A program made the position numbers and the translations under genes. Below are positions 56,204 through 64,000 of a stretch of DNA of 64,000 nt, piece by piece (the stretch's first letter is position 1; each line of letters starts with the position of its first letter). The stretch spans positions 145 to 64,144 of the forward strand of contig JAPYPT010000002.1 of NCBI GenBank assembly GCA_029937535.1, in the 5' to 3' direction. Source of the DNA: Alphaproteobacteria bacterium. GTDB taxonomy: Bacteria; Pseudomonadota; Alphaproteobacteria; GCA-2731375. A model generated the notes under the pieces. The model was not told the origin of the DNA and did no database searches. It saw only the letters and a list, made by a program, of their open reading frames with translations.

Positions 56204-57913
56204 TCAGGCTGCAACCAATTCAAATTTATCCACATCGACCAGGCCATGGTCGGTGATCTTCAGGTGGGGAATTACGCACAGCGGCAGGAAGGCCATGTGC
56301 AGAAAGGGTTCGGGCAGGGGGCAGCCGATATCCCGCGCCGCCGCGCGAAGCTTCCGCAACTGCGTGACCACCTCGCTGGCGGGACGGTCGCTCATCAGGC
56401 CGGCGATGGGCAGGGGCAGATCCGCGAGGATTTGGCCGGACCGGGCAACGGCGAAACCACCCTCCATCCCGATCAGGCGGTTGACCGCAACCGCCATGTC
56501 GCCGTCGTTGTCGCCGACAACGATGACGTTATGGGCATCATGGCCGACGGAGGAGGCGATGGCCGCCTCGCGGAAACCGAAACCCTTGATAAAGCCGCGG
56601 CCGATGTTGCGGTTGCCGCCATGGCGGTTCAGGACCACCACCTTCAAGACATCGTTGCCGGGGTCGGGGTGGCGCAGGCCATTGTGATAGGGCAGATCCA
56701 TGGTCAGATGCGTGGTGATGACACCGTTCGGAACCAGGCCGATGACGGGGCCATTGGGGCCGGGTGCGGGCACGGCAAAGATTGAGGGATCGACCGGGTC
56801 AAGCTTGATGGAATTGCGCCCGACCGAGAGGTCTGGGCGATGAGCGGCAAATGTCTCTCCGTCGACCAGGGCGCCATTGCGGATCACGGCGGCGACGGCG
56901 CAATCCGCCACGTCGTCCAATAGAACCATGTCCGCGCGGTAGCCCGGCGCGATCAAGCCACGGTCGCGCAGGCCGAACCCCTGAGCCGCCGACCAACTGG
57001 CGGCGCGGTAGACGGCGCCAATGGGCGCGCCGGCGGCGATGGCGGCGCGGATCAGATGGTCCAGATGGCCTTCCTCGGCGATATCCAGGGGGTTGCGGTC
57101 ATCGGTACAGAGCGCCAGGAAGGGCGAGGTAAGATCGTTGATCAGGGGCGCCAGGGTGACCACCTCCTTGCACAGCGAGCCATCGCGGATCAGCACCTGC
57201 ATGCCCTTGGACAGCTTTTCCGCCGCCTCCGCCAAAGAGGTGCTTTCGTGGCAATTCTTGATGCCGCAGGCGCAATAGGCATTCAGATCCCGGCCCGAAA
57301 CCATGGGCACATGGCCGTCAATGTGGCTGCCGAAAAAGATGTTGAGTTTCTCCAACACCCCGGCGTCCTTGTTCAACAGGCCGGGATAATTCATGAACTC
57401 CGCCAAGCCGATGCCACGCGGATGATCTTTATAGGGTGCAAGATCGGCGGCGGTGATAACGGCGCCGGACGTCTCCAAATGGCTGGCCGGCACACAGCTG
57501 GAAAGCTGTACGCGCAGGTCCATGGCTAGATTGTCGGAGGCGGAAAAGAAGTAATCCAGACCCTTGGTGCCCAGCACGTTGCAGATTTCATGGGGATCGC
57601 AGATCGCCGTCGTGGTGCCGCGCGGCAGCACCGTTCGATCAAACTCCCACGGACTGACACAGGTGCTTTCCACATGCACGTGGGTGTCGATGAACCCTGG
57701 CACTACGACTTTATCCCGACCGTCAATTTCCACCGTGCCGTAGTAGTCCGCCTGCACCCCGACAATGGTGTCGCCCGTCACGGCGATATCGCCCGTGACC
57801 ATGTTGCCGTCGATGACATTGAGATAGCGGGTATTCTTGATCACCACGTCGGCCGGTTCCCGGCCCAGGGCCTGATCAATCCGCCGCATTAACGTCGATG
57901 TGTTGTCAGTCAT
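56204..57913 (-). CDS. ade: adenine deaminase
   Basis: 569 aa; GFIDTHVHVES metal site and amidohydrolase layout typical of Ade. Confidence 0.8.
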   Translation of the reverse strand: MTDNTSTLMRRIDQALGREPADVVIKNTRYLNVIDGNMVTGDIAVTGDTIVGVQADYYGTVEIDGRDKVVVPGFIDTHVHVESTCVSPWEFDRTVLPRGTTTAICDPHEICNVLGTKGLDYFFSASDNLAMDLRVQLSSCVPASHLETSGAVITAADLAPYKDHPRGIGLAEFMNYPGLLNKDAGVLEKLNIFFGSHIDGHVPMVSGRDLNAYCACGIKNCHESTSLAEAAEKLSKGMQVLIRDGSLCKEVVTLAPLINDLTSPFLALCTDDRNPLDIAEEGHLDHLIRAAIAAGAPIGAVYRAASWSAAQGFGLRDRGLIAPGYRADMVLLDDVADCAVAAVIRNGALVDGETFAAHRPDLSVGRNSIKLDPVDPSIFAVPAPGPNGPVIGLVPNGVITTHLTMDLPYHNGLRHPDPGNDVLKVVVLNRHGGNRNIGRGFIKGFGFREAAIASSVGHDAHNVIVVGDNDGDMAVAVNRLIGMEGGFAVARSGQILADLPLPIAGLMSDRPASEVVTQLRKLRAAARDIGCPLPEPFLHMAFLPLCVIPHLKITDHGLVDVDKFELVAA

Positions 57914-58084
57914 AATTCAATGATCCCCAATCATCGGAGGGACATTATAGCGTCGGAAACATCGCCGCAAAATGCCTCTAGCAATAAAATTTATATTTTA
58001 AAATCTTAGTATTTAAAAATTGAATTTCAAACTGCCTTCATTTAGACTCCAGGCCAGTATTGAATTTTCAGGACGCCGCCGCGC
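57914..58084. promoter_or_regulatory. AT-rich divergent promoter region between ade and the RpiR regulator gene
   Basis: Strongly AT-rich compared with flanks. Direct repeats (aaattgaatttcaaa / tattgaattttcag) could be operator sites. Confidence 0.35.
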
Positions 58085-58948
58085 ATGACCGATGCACAGA
58101 CATCGACGCTGGAAACACGCATTCGGGAGCACTATGGCGCCTTACCGGCCAGCGAACGCAAGGTCGGTGACCTAATCATGGATTTTCCGGGGCAGATCGC
58201 CAGTTATTCCGCGACCGAATTGGCGGATCTGGCGGGCGCATCGAAAGCCGCCGTGACCCGGCTGAGCCACCGCCTCGGCTACGACGGTTTCGAGGCCATG
58301 CGCCGGGCCGCGCGCGACGGCCAACAAGCCGGCTCGCCGTTATTCCTGCTGTCGCAAGATCAAGGTGATCAGGATTTCACCTCACTGGCCGGGCGACACC
58401 ATCAACAGGACGCCGCGCTGGTGAGCCAGGCGCTGGACGGACTGAATGGTGAAACATTCACTGCCTCCATCGCGGCTATGTGCCGGGCGCGGAGGGTCTT
58501 TGTCGTTGGCTGGCGCAATAGTGCGTTTCTGGCGGGATATCTGCGCTGGCAGCTCATTCAGGTGCGAGACAATGTCCACCTGCTGCCGCAAGCCGGGGAA
58601 ACTTTGGCCGAGACCTTGGCTGATCTCGGCTCCTCCGACATGGTTATCATATTCGGCTTCCGCCGCCGCGTCCCGGCCGTGGCCGGGACCACGGCGCTGG
58701 TTGCAAAAATGGGTGCGGAAATTCTCTATTTCACCGATCAGGATGCCGCCCTGGACGGGGCCGCGGGCCTGGCCGATTGGACGGTTCGCTGCCCGATCCG
58801 ATGCGCCGATGCATTCGACCGTTATGCCGGTGTCATGTCCCTGCTGCATTTCTATGCCATGGGCGTGATGCGAAAGATGGGCGCCAAGGGGCGCGGGCGC
58901 CTGGCCGCGATCGAGCAATCCCATGAGGCGCTGCATGAATTCGCCTGA
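58085..58948 (+). CDS. RpiR/MurR-family transcriptional regulator (HTH + SIS)
   Basis: N-terminal HTH (ERKVGDLIMDFPGQIASYSATELADLAGASKAAVTRL) and C-terminal SIS-like region. Confidence 0.8.
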   Translation: MTDAQTSTLETRIREHYGALPASERKVGDLIMDFPGQIASYSATELADLAGASKAAVTRLSHRLGYDGFEAMRRAARDGQQAGSPLFLLSQDQGDQDFTSLAGRHHQQDAALVSQALDGLNGETFTASIAAMCRARRVFVVGWRNSAFLAGYLRWQLIQVRDNVHLLPQAGETLAETLADLGSSDMVIIFGFRRRVPAVAGTTALVAKMGAEILYFTDQDAALDGAAGLADWTVRCPIRCADAFDRYAGVMSLLHFYAMGVMRKMGAKGRGRLAAIEQSHEALHEFA

Positions 58949-60167
58949 AGGTTTGGCCCACCAGGTGATGAGGCGGATTGACCGGCTGGCGGCGATCAGC
59001 GAGACGCCGGGCGTCCTGACCCGCCGTTACCTGACCGATGAACACCGCCGCGCCAACGAACTGGTGTCGGGTTGGATGGCCGCCGCGGGGATGGCGGCAC
59101 ACCAGGATGCCGCCGGCAATATCGTGGGCCGTTACGAGGCCGCACAAGGCACGGGCCCGGCGCTGCTCATGGGCTCCCACCTCGACACCGTCGTGAATGC
59201 GGGAAAATTCGATGGCATGCTGGGCGTTTTGTGCGCCATTGCCTGTGTCGAGGCGTTGTCCGGCGCGGGCCGGCGCTTGTCCTACCCCATCGTGGTGATC
59301 GGCTTCGCGGACGAGGAAGGGGTGCGTTTTGGCACCACCTATCTGGGCAGCCGCGCCATTACCGGTACCTTGGATGCCGAGACGTTCGAGCGGGCGGACG
59401 CGGACGGCATCAGCTTCCGCCAAGCCTTGTCGGATTTTGGCCTGGATGCCGAAGACATCGGCCAGGCCGCCCACCCAGGGTCGGATGTGAAGGCGTTTCT
59501 GGAACTGCACATAGAACAAGGCCCGGTGCTGGAGGCTTTGGACCTTCCCGCCGGCATTGTCACCGCGATCAATGGCCAGACCCGGCTGTCGGTTGCCATC
59601 ACGGGCGTCGCGGGCCACGCGGGCACGGTGCCCATGGCCTTGCGCAAGGATGCCCTGGCAGCGGCCGCGGAAGGGGTTTTGGCGGTTGAAACGATTTGCG
59701 CCGGCGGGGCGGACGTGGTCGGAACGGTCGGCATTCTGCGCACCACGCCGGGCGCCATCAATGTCATTCCGGGCGACGTCAGCTTTACCGTGGATGTCCG
59801 CGCCAGGGAAGACGGCGACCGCCGCGACGCGGTCGCCGCCGTGATCCGCGCCATTCGCGCGGGGGCCGAGAAACGCGGGACGGAAGCGAAGGTAACGGTC
59901 TTTCACGAGGCCACCTCCGCGCCCTGCTCGCCCCACATGATGGATACCATTGAGCGCGCCATGATCTCCGTTGGGATCGAACCCACCAGAATGCCCAGTG
60001 GCGCCGGTCATGATGCCGCCGCCATGTCGGCGCTGTGCGATGTGGGCATGATCTTTCTGCGTAGCGACGGCGGCATCAGCCACAATCCGGCGGAACGCAC
60101 GACGGAGGAAGACGTCGTCGCGGGCATCAAGATCATGTTGGCGGTGCTGGACCAGTTGGAAGGATAG
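58935..60167 (+). CDS. allantoate amidohydrolase / N-carbamoyl-amino-acid hydrolase family (M20) Zn-hydrolase
   Basis: GSHLDTVVNAG, GISHNPAE and an overall match to the AllC layout. Start uncertain (58923, 58935 or 58968); overlaps the regulator gene end. Confidence 0.75.
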   Translation: MNSPEGLAHQVMRRIDRLAAISETPGVLTRRYLTDEHRRANELVSGWMAAAGMAAHQDAAGNIVGRYEAAQGTGPALLMGSHLDTVVNAGKFDGMLGVLCAIACVEALSGAGRRLSYPIVVIGFADEEGVRFGTTYLGSRAITGTLDAETFERADADGISFRQALSDFGLDAEDIGQAAHPGSDVKAFLELHIEQGPVLEALDLPAGIVTAINGQTRLSVAITGVAGHAGTVPMALRKDALAAAAEGVLAVETICAGGADVVGTVGILRTTPGAINVIPGDVSFTVDVRAREDGDRRDAVAAVIRAIRAGAEKRGTEAKVTVFHEATSAPCSPHMMDTIERAMISVGIEPTRMPSGAGHDAAAMSALCDVGMIFLRSDGGISHNPAERTTEEDVVAGIKIMLAVLDQLEG

Positions 60168-60173
60168 CGTGCA

Positions 60174-61400
60174 ATGACGGAGACAGACCGGGATCTGACC
60201 ACATGGCTGGAGGGGCACAAGGAGGCGCAAATCGACTTCCTCCGCGAACTGGTCAAGGTGCCGTCCGACAACCCGCCCGGCGATTGTGCGCCCCATGGCG
60301 TCCGCGCCGCGGAACTGCTGGAGGCGATGGGATTCGAGGTGGAGCAACATCGGGTGCCGGATGATCTATGCCGGGACAACGGCATGATTTCCGCCACCAA
60401 TCTGGTCGTGCGCCACCGCTTCGGCGACGGCCCCATCATCGCCCTGAACGCCCACGGCGATGTGGTGGCGCCCGGCGATGGCTGGCGCCATGACCCCTAT
60501 GGGGGCGAAATCGTCGATGGCTGGATGTATGGCCGCGGCGCGGCGGTGTCGAAGTCGGATTTCGCGACCTACGCCTATGCCCTGAAGGCCTTGATCGAAT
60601 CCGGCGCCAGGCTGCGGGGCACGGTGGAACTGCATTTCACCCATGACGAGGAAGCCGGCGGCGCCATCGGGCCCAAATGGCTGATCGAAGAGGCGATATC
60701 GAAACCCGACTATGCCATATCGGCCGGGTTTTCCCATGCCGTGGTCACCTCTCACAATGGCTGTCTGCATCTGGCCATCGATGTGAAAGGCAAATCCGCC
60801 CATGCCGCCAAGCCCGGCACGGGGCACGACGCCCTGGAGGCCGCCAACGCAATTCTGACGGCGCTCTACGATCACAGACGATTGTTTGCCGAACAGAGTT
60901 CCAAGATCGAGGGCATCGGCTCGCCGCAATTGAATGTGGGTCTGATCGAGGGCGGCATCAATACCAACGTGGTGCCGGACCGGGTCAGCCTGCGCATTGA
61001 TCGCCGCCTGATCCCGGAAGAGGATGCGGCCCAGGTTGAGGCGGAATTGCGCGCCCTGATCGCCGCTGCCGTACAAAACTGGGACGGCATTACGGTGGCC
61101 ATGGAACGGGTCATGCTGGCCGAGCCATTGAAGCCGGTGGGCAATGTGGAGCATCTGGCGGCAATCGTACAAAAACATGCCAGCGCGGTTCTGGGCGAGG
61201 CCATCCCGCAGACCGGCGTGCCGCTGTACACCGATGCCCGGCACTATACCGCCCACGATATCCCCACCATTCTGTACGGCGCCGGTCCCCGCTCAATCGA
61301 GGACGCCAACGCTCACCGTGCCGATGAACGGCTGCCGGTAAGCCTGTTGCGGGACGCCGCCCGTGTAATCGCACTGTCCTTGGCCGAAATGTTGGCTTGA
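60174..61400 (+). CDS. M20-family metallohydrolase (ArgE/DapE/ACY1-like)
   Basis: NAHGDVV, FTHDEEAGG metal-ligand blocks and a dimerisation insert. Confidence 0.75.
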   Translation: MTETDRDLTTWLEGHKEAQIDFLRELVKVPSDNPPGDCAPHGVRAAELLEAMGFEVEQHRVPDDLCRDNGMISATNLVVRHRFGDGPIIALNAHGDVVAPGDGWRHDPYGGEIVDGWMYGRGAAVSKSDFATYAYALKALIESGARLRGTVELHFTHDEEAGGAIGPKWLIEEAISKPDYAISAGFSHAVVTSHNGCLHLAIDVKGKSAHAAKPGTGHDALEAANAILTALYDHRRLFAEQSSKIEGIGSPQLNVGLIEGGINTNVVPDRVSLRIDRRLIPEEDAAQVEAELRALIAAAVQNWDGITVAMERVMLAEPLKPVGNVEHLAAIVQKHASAVLGEAIPQTGVPLYTDARHYTAHDIPTILYGAGPRSIEDANAHRADERLPVSLLRDAARVIALSLAEMLA

Positions 61401-61505
61401 GGAGGGTGGAATTTTGTTCTTTTTCGAGGGCCGGATTTGGTCGATAGTTGTGAAAATGGAAAAAGATTGCCGGCGAACGGCAACCAACCCTTTGGGAGCG
61501 GATTG

Positions 61506-61859
61506 ATGGGTCGATTGACCACGCATGTGCTCGATTTGACGACGGGAAAGCCGGCGCACGGCCTGGCGATTGAACTCTGGCGCCTCGATGACGGAACTCC
61601 GGCGCACCTAAAGACCGTCCGGACCAACAACGATGGCCGGATCGATAAGCCGCTGCTGGAAGGCGGGGCGCTGGCCGTCGGATGCTACGAATTGCGCTTC
61701 CTGGCCGGTGATTATCTGAAAAACCAGGGGGTGGATTTGCCCGAGCCGCCGTTCCTCGACGTCATACCCATCCGTTTCGGCGTGGCGGATAGCGAGGGGC
61801 ACTATCATGTGCCGTTGCTGCTTTCCGCCTTCGGCTATTCCACCTACCGGGGCAGTTAG
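61506..61859 (+). CDS. hiuH: 5-hydroxyisourate hydrolase (transthyretin-like)
   Basis: 117 aa, HVLDLTTGKPA N-terminal block and the diagnostic C-terminal YRGS. GGGAG RBS before the internal ATG at 61506. Confidence 0.8.
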   Translation: MGRLTTHVLDLTTGKPAHGLAIELWRLDDGTPAHLKTVRTNNDGRIDKPLLEGGALAVGCYELRFLAGDYLKNQGVDLPEPPFLDVIPIRFGVADSEGHYHVPLLLSAFGYSTYRGS

Positions 61860-61862
61860 GGG

Positions 61863-63350
61863 ATGGCGCGCGGGACGATAAAGTTTTTACATCGGGGCGC
61901 CGTGGTCGAGCTTTCCCATGTTGGCCCGAATGAAACCCTGCTGGACTATCTGCGTTTGCGGCGGCATGCTTTCGGCACCAAGGAAGGTTGCGCCGAAGGT
62001 GATTGCGGGGCCTGTACGGTGGCGCTGGGCAGCCTGCGTCATGGCGCGGTGAGCTATCAACCGATCAACGCCTGCATTCAACTGCTGGGCATGATCGACG
62101 GCAAGGAACTGGTCACCGTCGAAGATCTTAGTGATGGGGATGGCCGTCTTCACCCGGTGCAGGCCGCCATGCTGCGCCATCACGGCAGCCAATGCGGTTT
62201 TTGCACCCCTGGCATCGTGATGAGCCTGTTCACCCTGTATCACCAGCAAGGCCGCGGGGCGGCGGAGCGGCAGGCCGTGAACGATTGTCTGGCTGGAAAT
62301 CTGTGCCGCTGCACGGGCTATCGTCCCATCGTCGATGCGGGGCGGGAGGCCTGTTCCGGCGTCGCCGACGATCAATTTTCCGCCCGGCGCGCGGCGACCC
62401 ATCAACAACTGGCGGCGCTGGATGATGGCGAGGATGTCTGGATCGGCGATGGGGCATCGTTTTTTACCGCGCCGGCGTCCATGGACAGCCTGGCTGATCT
62501 TTACCTTGAACACCCCGACGCCGTCATTGTCGCGGGCGCCACCGATGTGGGGCTGTGGATCACCAAGCAACTGCGTCTGCTGCCGAAAGTCATTCATCTG
62601 GGCCGGGTTGCGGAACTGGCCGATATCCGGGCGTCGGATCACGGCTGCCACATCGGCGCCGGCGCCAGCTACGAGATGGCGGCAGGCGCATTGGCGGCCA
62701 TTGACCCTGACCTTGGCGAAGTTCTGCGCCGTATCGGCTCCAGGCAGGTGCGCGCGGCGGGGACGGTGGGCGGCAATATCGCCAACGGTTCGCCCATCGG
62801 CGACATGCCGCCGGCCCTGATCGCCCTGGGCGCAGAACTGCACTTGCGCCGGGGAGGTGCCACCCGGATGCTTGCGCTGGAGGAGTTCTTCATCGATTAC
62901 GGCCGGCAGGACCGGCGGCCAGGCGAGTTTGTCACCGGCGTTGATGTGCCGCGGCTGGCCGGGGATGAGATATTCCGCTGCTACAAGATATCCAAGCGCT
63001 TCGATCAGGATATTTCCAGCCTGCTGGGCGCCTTTAAGTTCAGGATCCAGGATGGCCGCGTCACCGATGCCCGTATCGCCTTCGGTGGCATGGCGGCGAC
63101 GCCCAAACGGGCGCTGGCGACCGAGGAGGCACTCAAGGGCCTAGAGCTCGCGGACGAGGTGGCCTGGATGGCGGCTGGCGAAGTCCTGGCCCAGGATTAC
63201 CAGCCCATCGATGATATGCGGGCCAGTGCCGCATACCGCCTCGCTACCGCCCAGGCCTTGCTGGTCAAGGCTTTACATGAAATGAACGGGCGGGGCAGCG
63301 CATCCATGCGCCTGATGGGGCTGCGGTTGGAGGAGGCGGTCGATGCCTGA
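61863..63350 (+). CDS. xdhA: xanthine dehydrogenase small subunit (2Fe-2S + FAD-binding)
   Basis: CAEGDCGACTV and CGFCTPG...CRCTGY 2Fe-2S motifs followed by an FAD-binding domain. Confidence 0.85.
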   Translation: MARGTIKFLHRGAVVELSHVGPNETLLDYLRLRRHAFGTKEGCAEGDCGACTVALGSLRHGAVSYQPINACIQLLGMIDGKELVTVEDLSDGDGRLHPVQAAMLRHHGSQCGFCTPGIVMSLFTLYHQQGRGAAERQAVNDCLAGNLCRCTGYRPIVDAGREACSGVADDQFSARRAATHQQLAALDDGEDVWIGDGASFFTAPASMDSLADLYLEHPDAVIVAGATDVGLWITKQLRLLPKVIHLGRVAELADIRASDHGCHIGAGASYEMAAGALAAIDPDLGEVLRRIGSRQVRAAGTVGGNIANGSPIGDMPPALIALGAELHLRRGGATRMLALEEFFIDYGRQDRRPGEFVTGVDVPRLAGDEIFRCYKISKRFDQDISSLLGAFKFRIQDGRVTDARIAFGGMAATPKRALATEEALKGLELADEVAWMAAGEVLAQDYQPIDDMRASAAYRLATAQALLVKALHEMNGRGSASMRLMGLRLEEAVDA

Positions 63351-64000
63351 TAACCAGCCGCGAAGGACCCGCATTCCGCCGCCCGAGGGTGATGCGTCCG
63401 TCGGTAATGCCCTGCCCCATGACAGCGCGGCCTGGCAAATTCAAGGTTCCGCCCGTTACATCGATGATATACCGGAGCCGGCTGGCCTGCTGCATATGGC
63501 GCCGGGCCATGCCGTCAACGGTGCCAAGGGCGGAATTACGAATCTCGATCTAGATGCCGTGCGGGCCGCGCCGGGCGTGGTGGCGGTATTGACGGCGAAG
63601 GATATTCAGGGGCCCAACGAATGCAGCCCCTCCATCGGCGGCGATCCCATATTGGCCGATGGCGCCATTGAATTTCATGGCCAGGTGATCTTCGCCGTGG
63701 TGGCGCGGAGCCGCGATCAGGCGCGCCGCGCCGCCAGATTGGCAAAGATTGAAATTATCCAAGAAACGCCGGCTGTTTCCCTCGATAGCGGCCTGGCGGC
63801 CGGTGAAACAGTGCTGCCCGACTATCAGTTCCTGCGCGGCGACCCGGGCAAGGCGATCACCGCGTCCGAACACCAGGCATCGGGCGCCCTGCGGGTTGGC
63901 GGCCAGGAACATTTCTATCTGGAGGGCCAAATAGCCTTGGCCCTGCCCGGCGACGGCGGCGAGATGCATGTGCATTCCTCCACCCAGCACCCGACGGAGG
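63347..64000 (+). CDS. xdhB: xanthine dehydrogenase molybdopterin-binding subunit (N-terminal part; runs off window)
   Basis: Start overlaps the xdhA stop. Typical XdhB N-terminus (AAWQIQGSARYIDD...EHFYLEGQ). Confidence 0.8.

Noticed and set aside
60366-61256. 296-aa minus-strand ORF opposite the M20 hydrolase
   Set aside because: Antisense artefact.
61887-62843. 318-aa minus-strand ORF opposite xdhA
   Set aside because: Antisense artefact; xdhA motifs are on the plus strand.
1-64000. tRNA/rRNA genes, CRISPR arrays, transposases/integrases, prophage genes
   Set aside because: Intergenic regions were read for T-loop-like GGTTCGA motifs and regular direct repeats; none found. No ORF shows DDE or tyrosine-recombinase motifs.

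Overview
This is a GC-rich chromosomal window of alphaproteobacterial style. It is dense with protein genes; about 60 CDS are supported. I found no rRNA, tRNA, CRISPR array, transposase or integrase.

Content by region:
- 1-11.2 kb: an oxidative, aromatic-catabolism-like cluster. It holds a P450 with its ferredoxin, an SDR, a GFA protein, an MBL hydrolase, a LigB/DODA-type extradiol dioxygenase, a ThDP enzyme, an aryl/acyl-CoA ligase, an amidohydrolase-2 and a FAD-linked oxidase.
- 11.2-23.4 kb: two co-oriented paralogous proteins of about 1100 aa, each SAM-like domain, class III nucleotidyl cyclase, P-loop/STAND ATPase and TPR. They bracket a gamma-glutamyltransferase, a small acidic protein, a SAM methyltransferase and a Sel1-repeat secreted protein. 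A divergently transcribed 525-aa protein of unknown function sits upstream. This region is my top candidate for an undescribed system.
- 23.6-30.2 kb: a CoxL/Xdh-family molybdenum hydroxylase large subunit with no partner subunits beside it, a MetE-like protein, a second ThDP enzyme and an adenylosuccinate-lyase-family lyase.
- 30.2-36.8 kb: periplasmic redox proteins (TlpA, a Tat-exported multicopper oxidase, a cytochrome c, and an unusual WD40-cytochrome c fusion), plus a MurD-like protein lacking a P-loop.
- 37.0-48.7 kb: a Cys-type (non-selenocysteine) periplasmic formate dehydrogenase FdnGHI. Its context is a small Tat-signal protein, a TorD-like chaperone, DUF3306, DUF3305, a 688-aa polyferredoxin and a TupBCA-like tungstate ABC transporter.
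- 48.7-49.5 kb: a low-GC islet carrying a secreted hypothetical protein.
- 49.5-56.1 kb: an oxygenase-rich cluster (VOC, two SDRs, FAD monooxygenase, TauD, LLM monooxygenase, tandem EthD).
- 56.2-64.0 kb: purine catabolism (adenine deaminase, RpiR regulator, allantoate-amidohydrolase-like protein, M20 hydrolase, HIU hydrolase, xdhA, partial xdhB).

Three copies of an intergenic hairpin-forming repeat family occur, at about 6.93-7.02 kb, 17.68-17.78 kb and 23.47-23.57 kb. The many long antisense ORFs in the six-frame track are high-GC artefacts.
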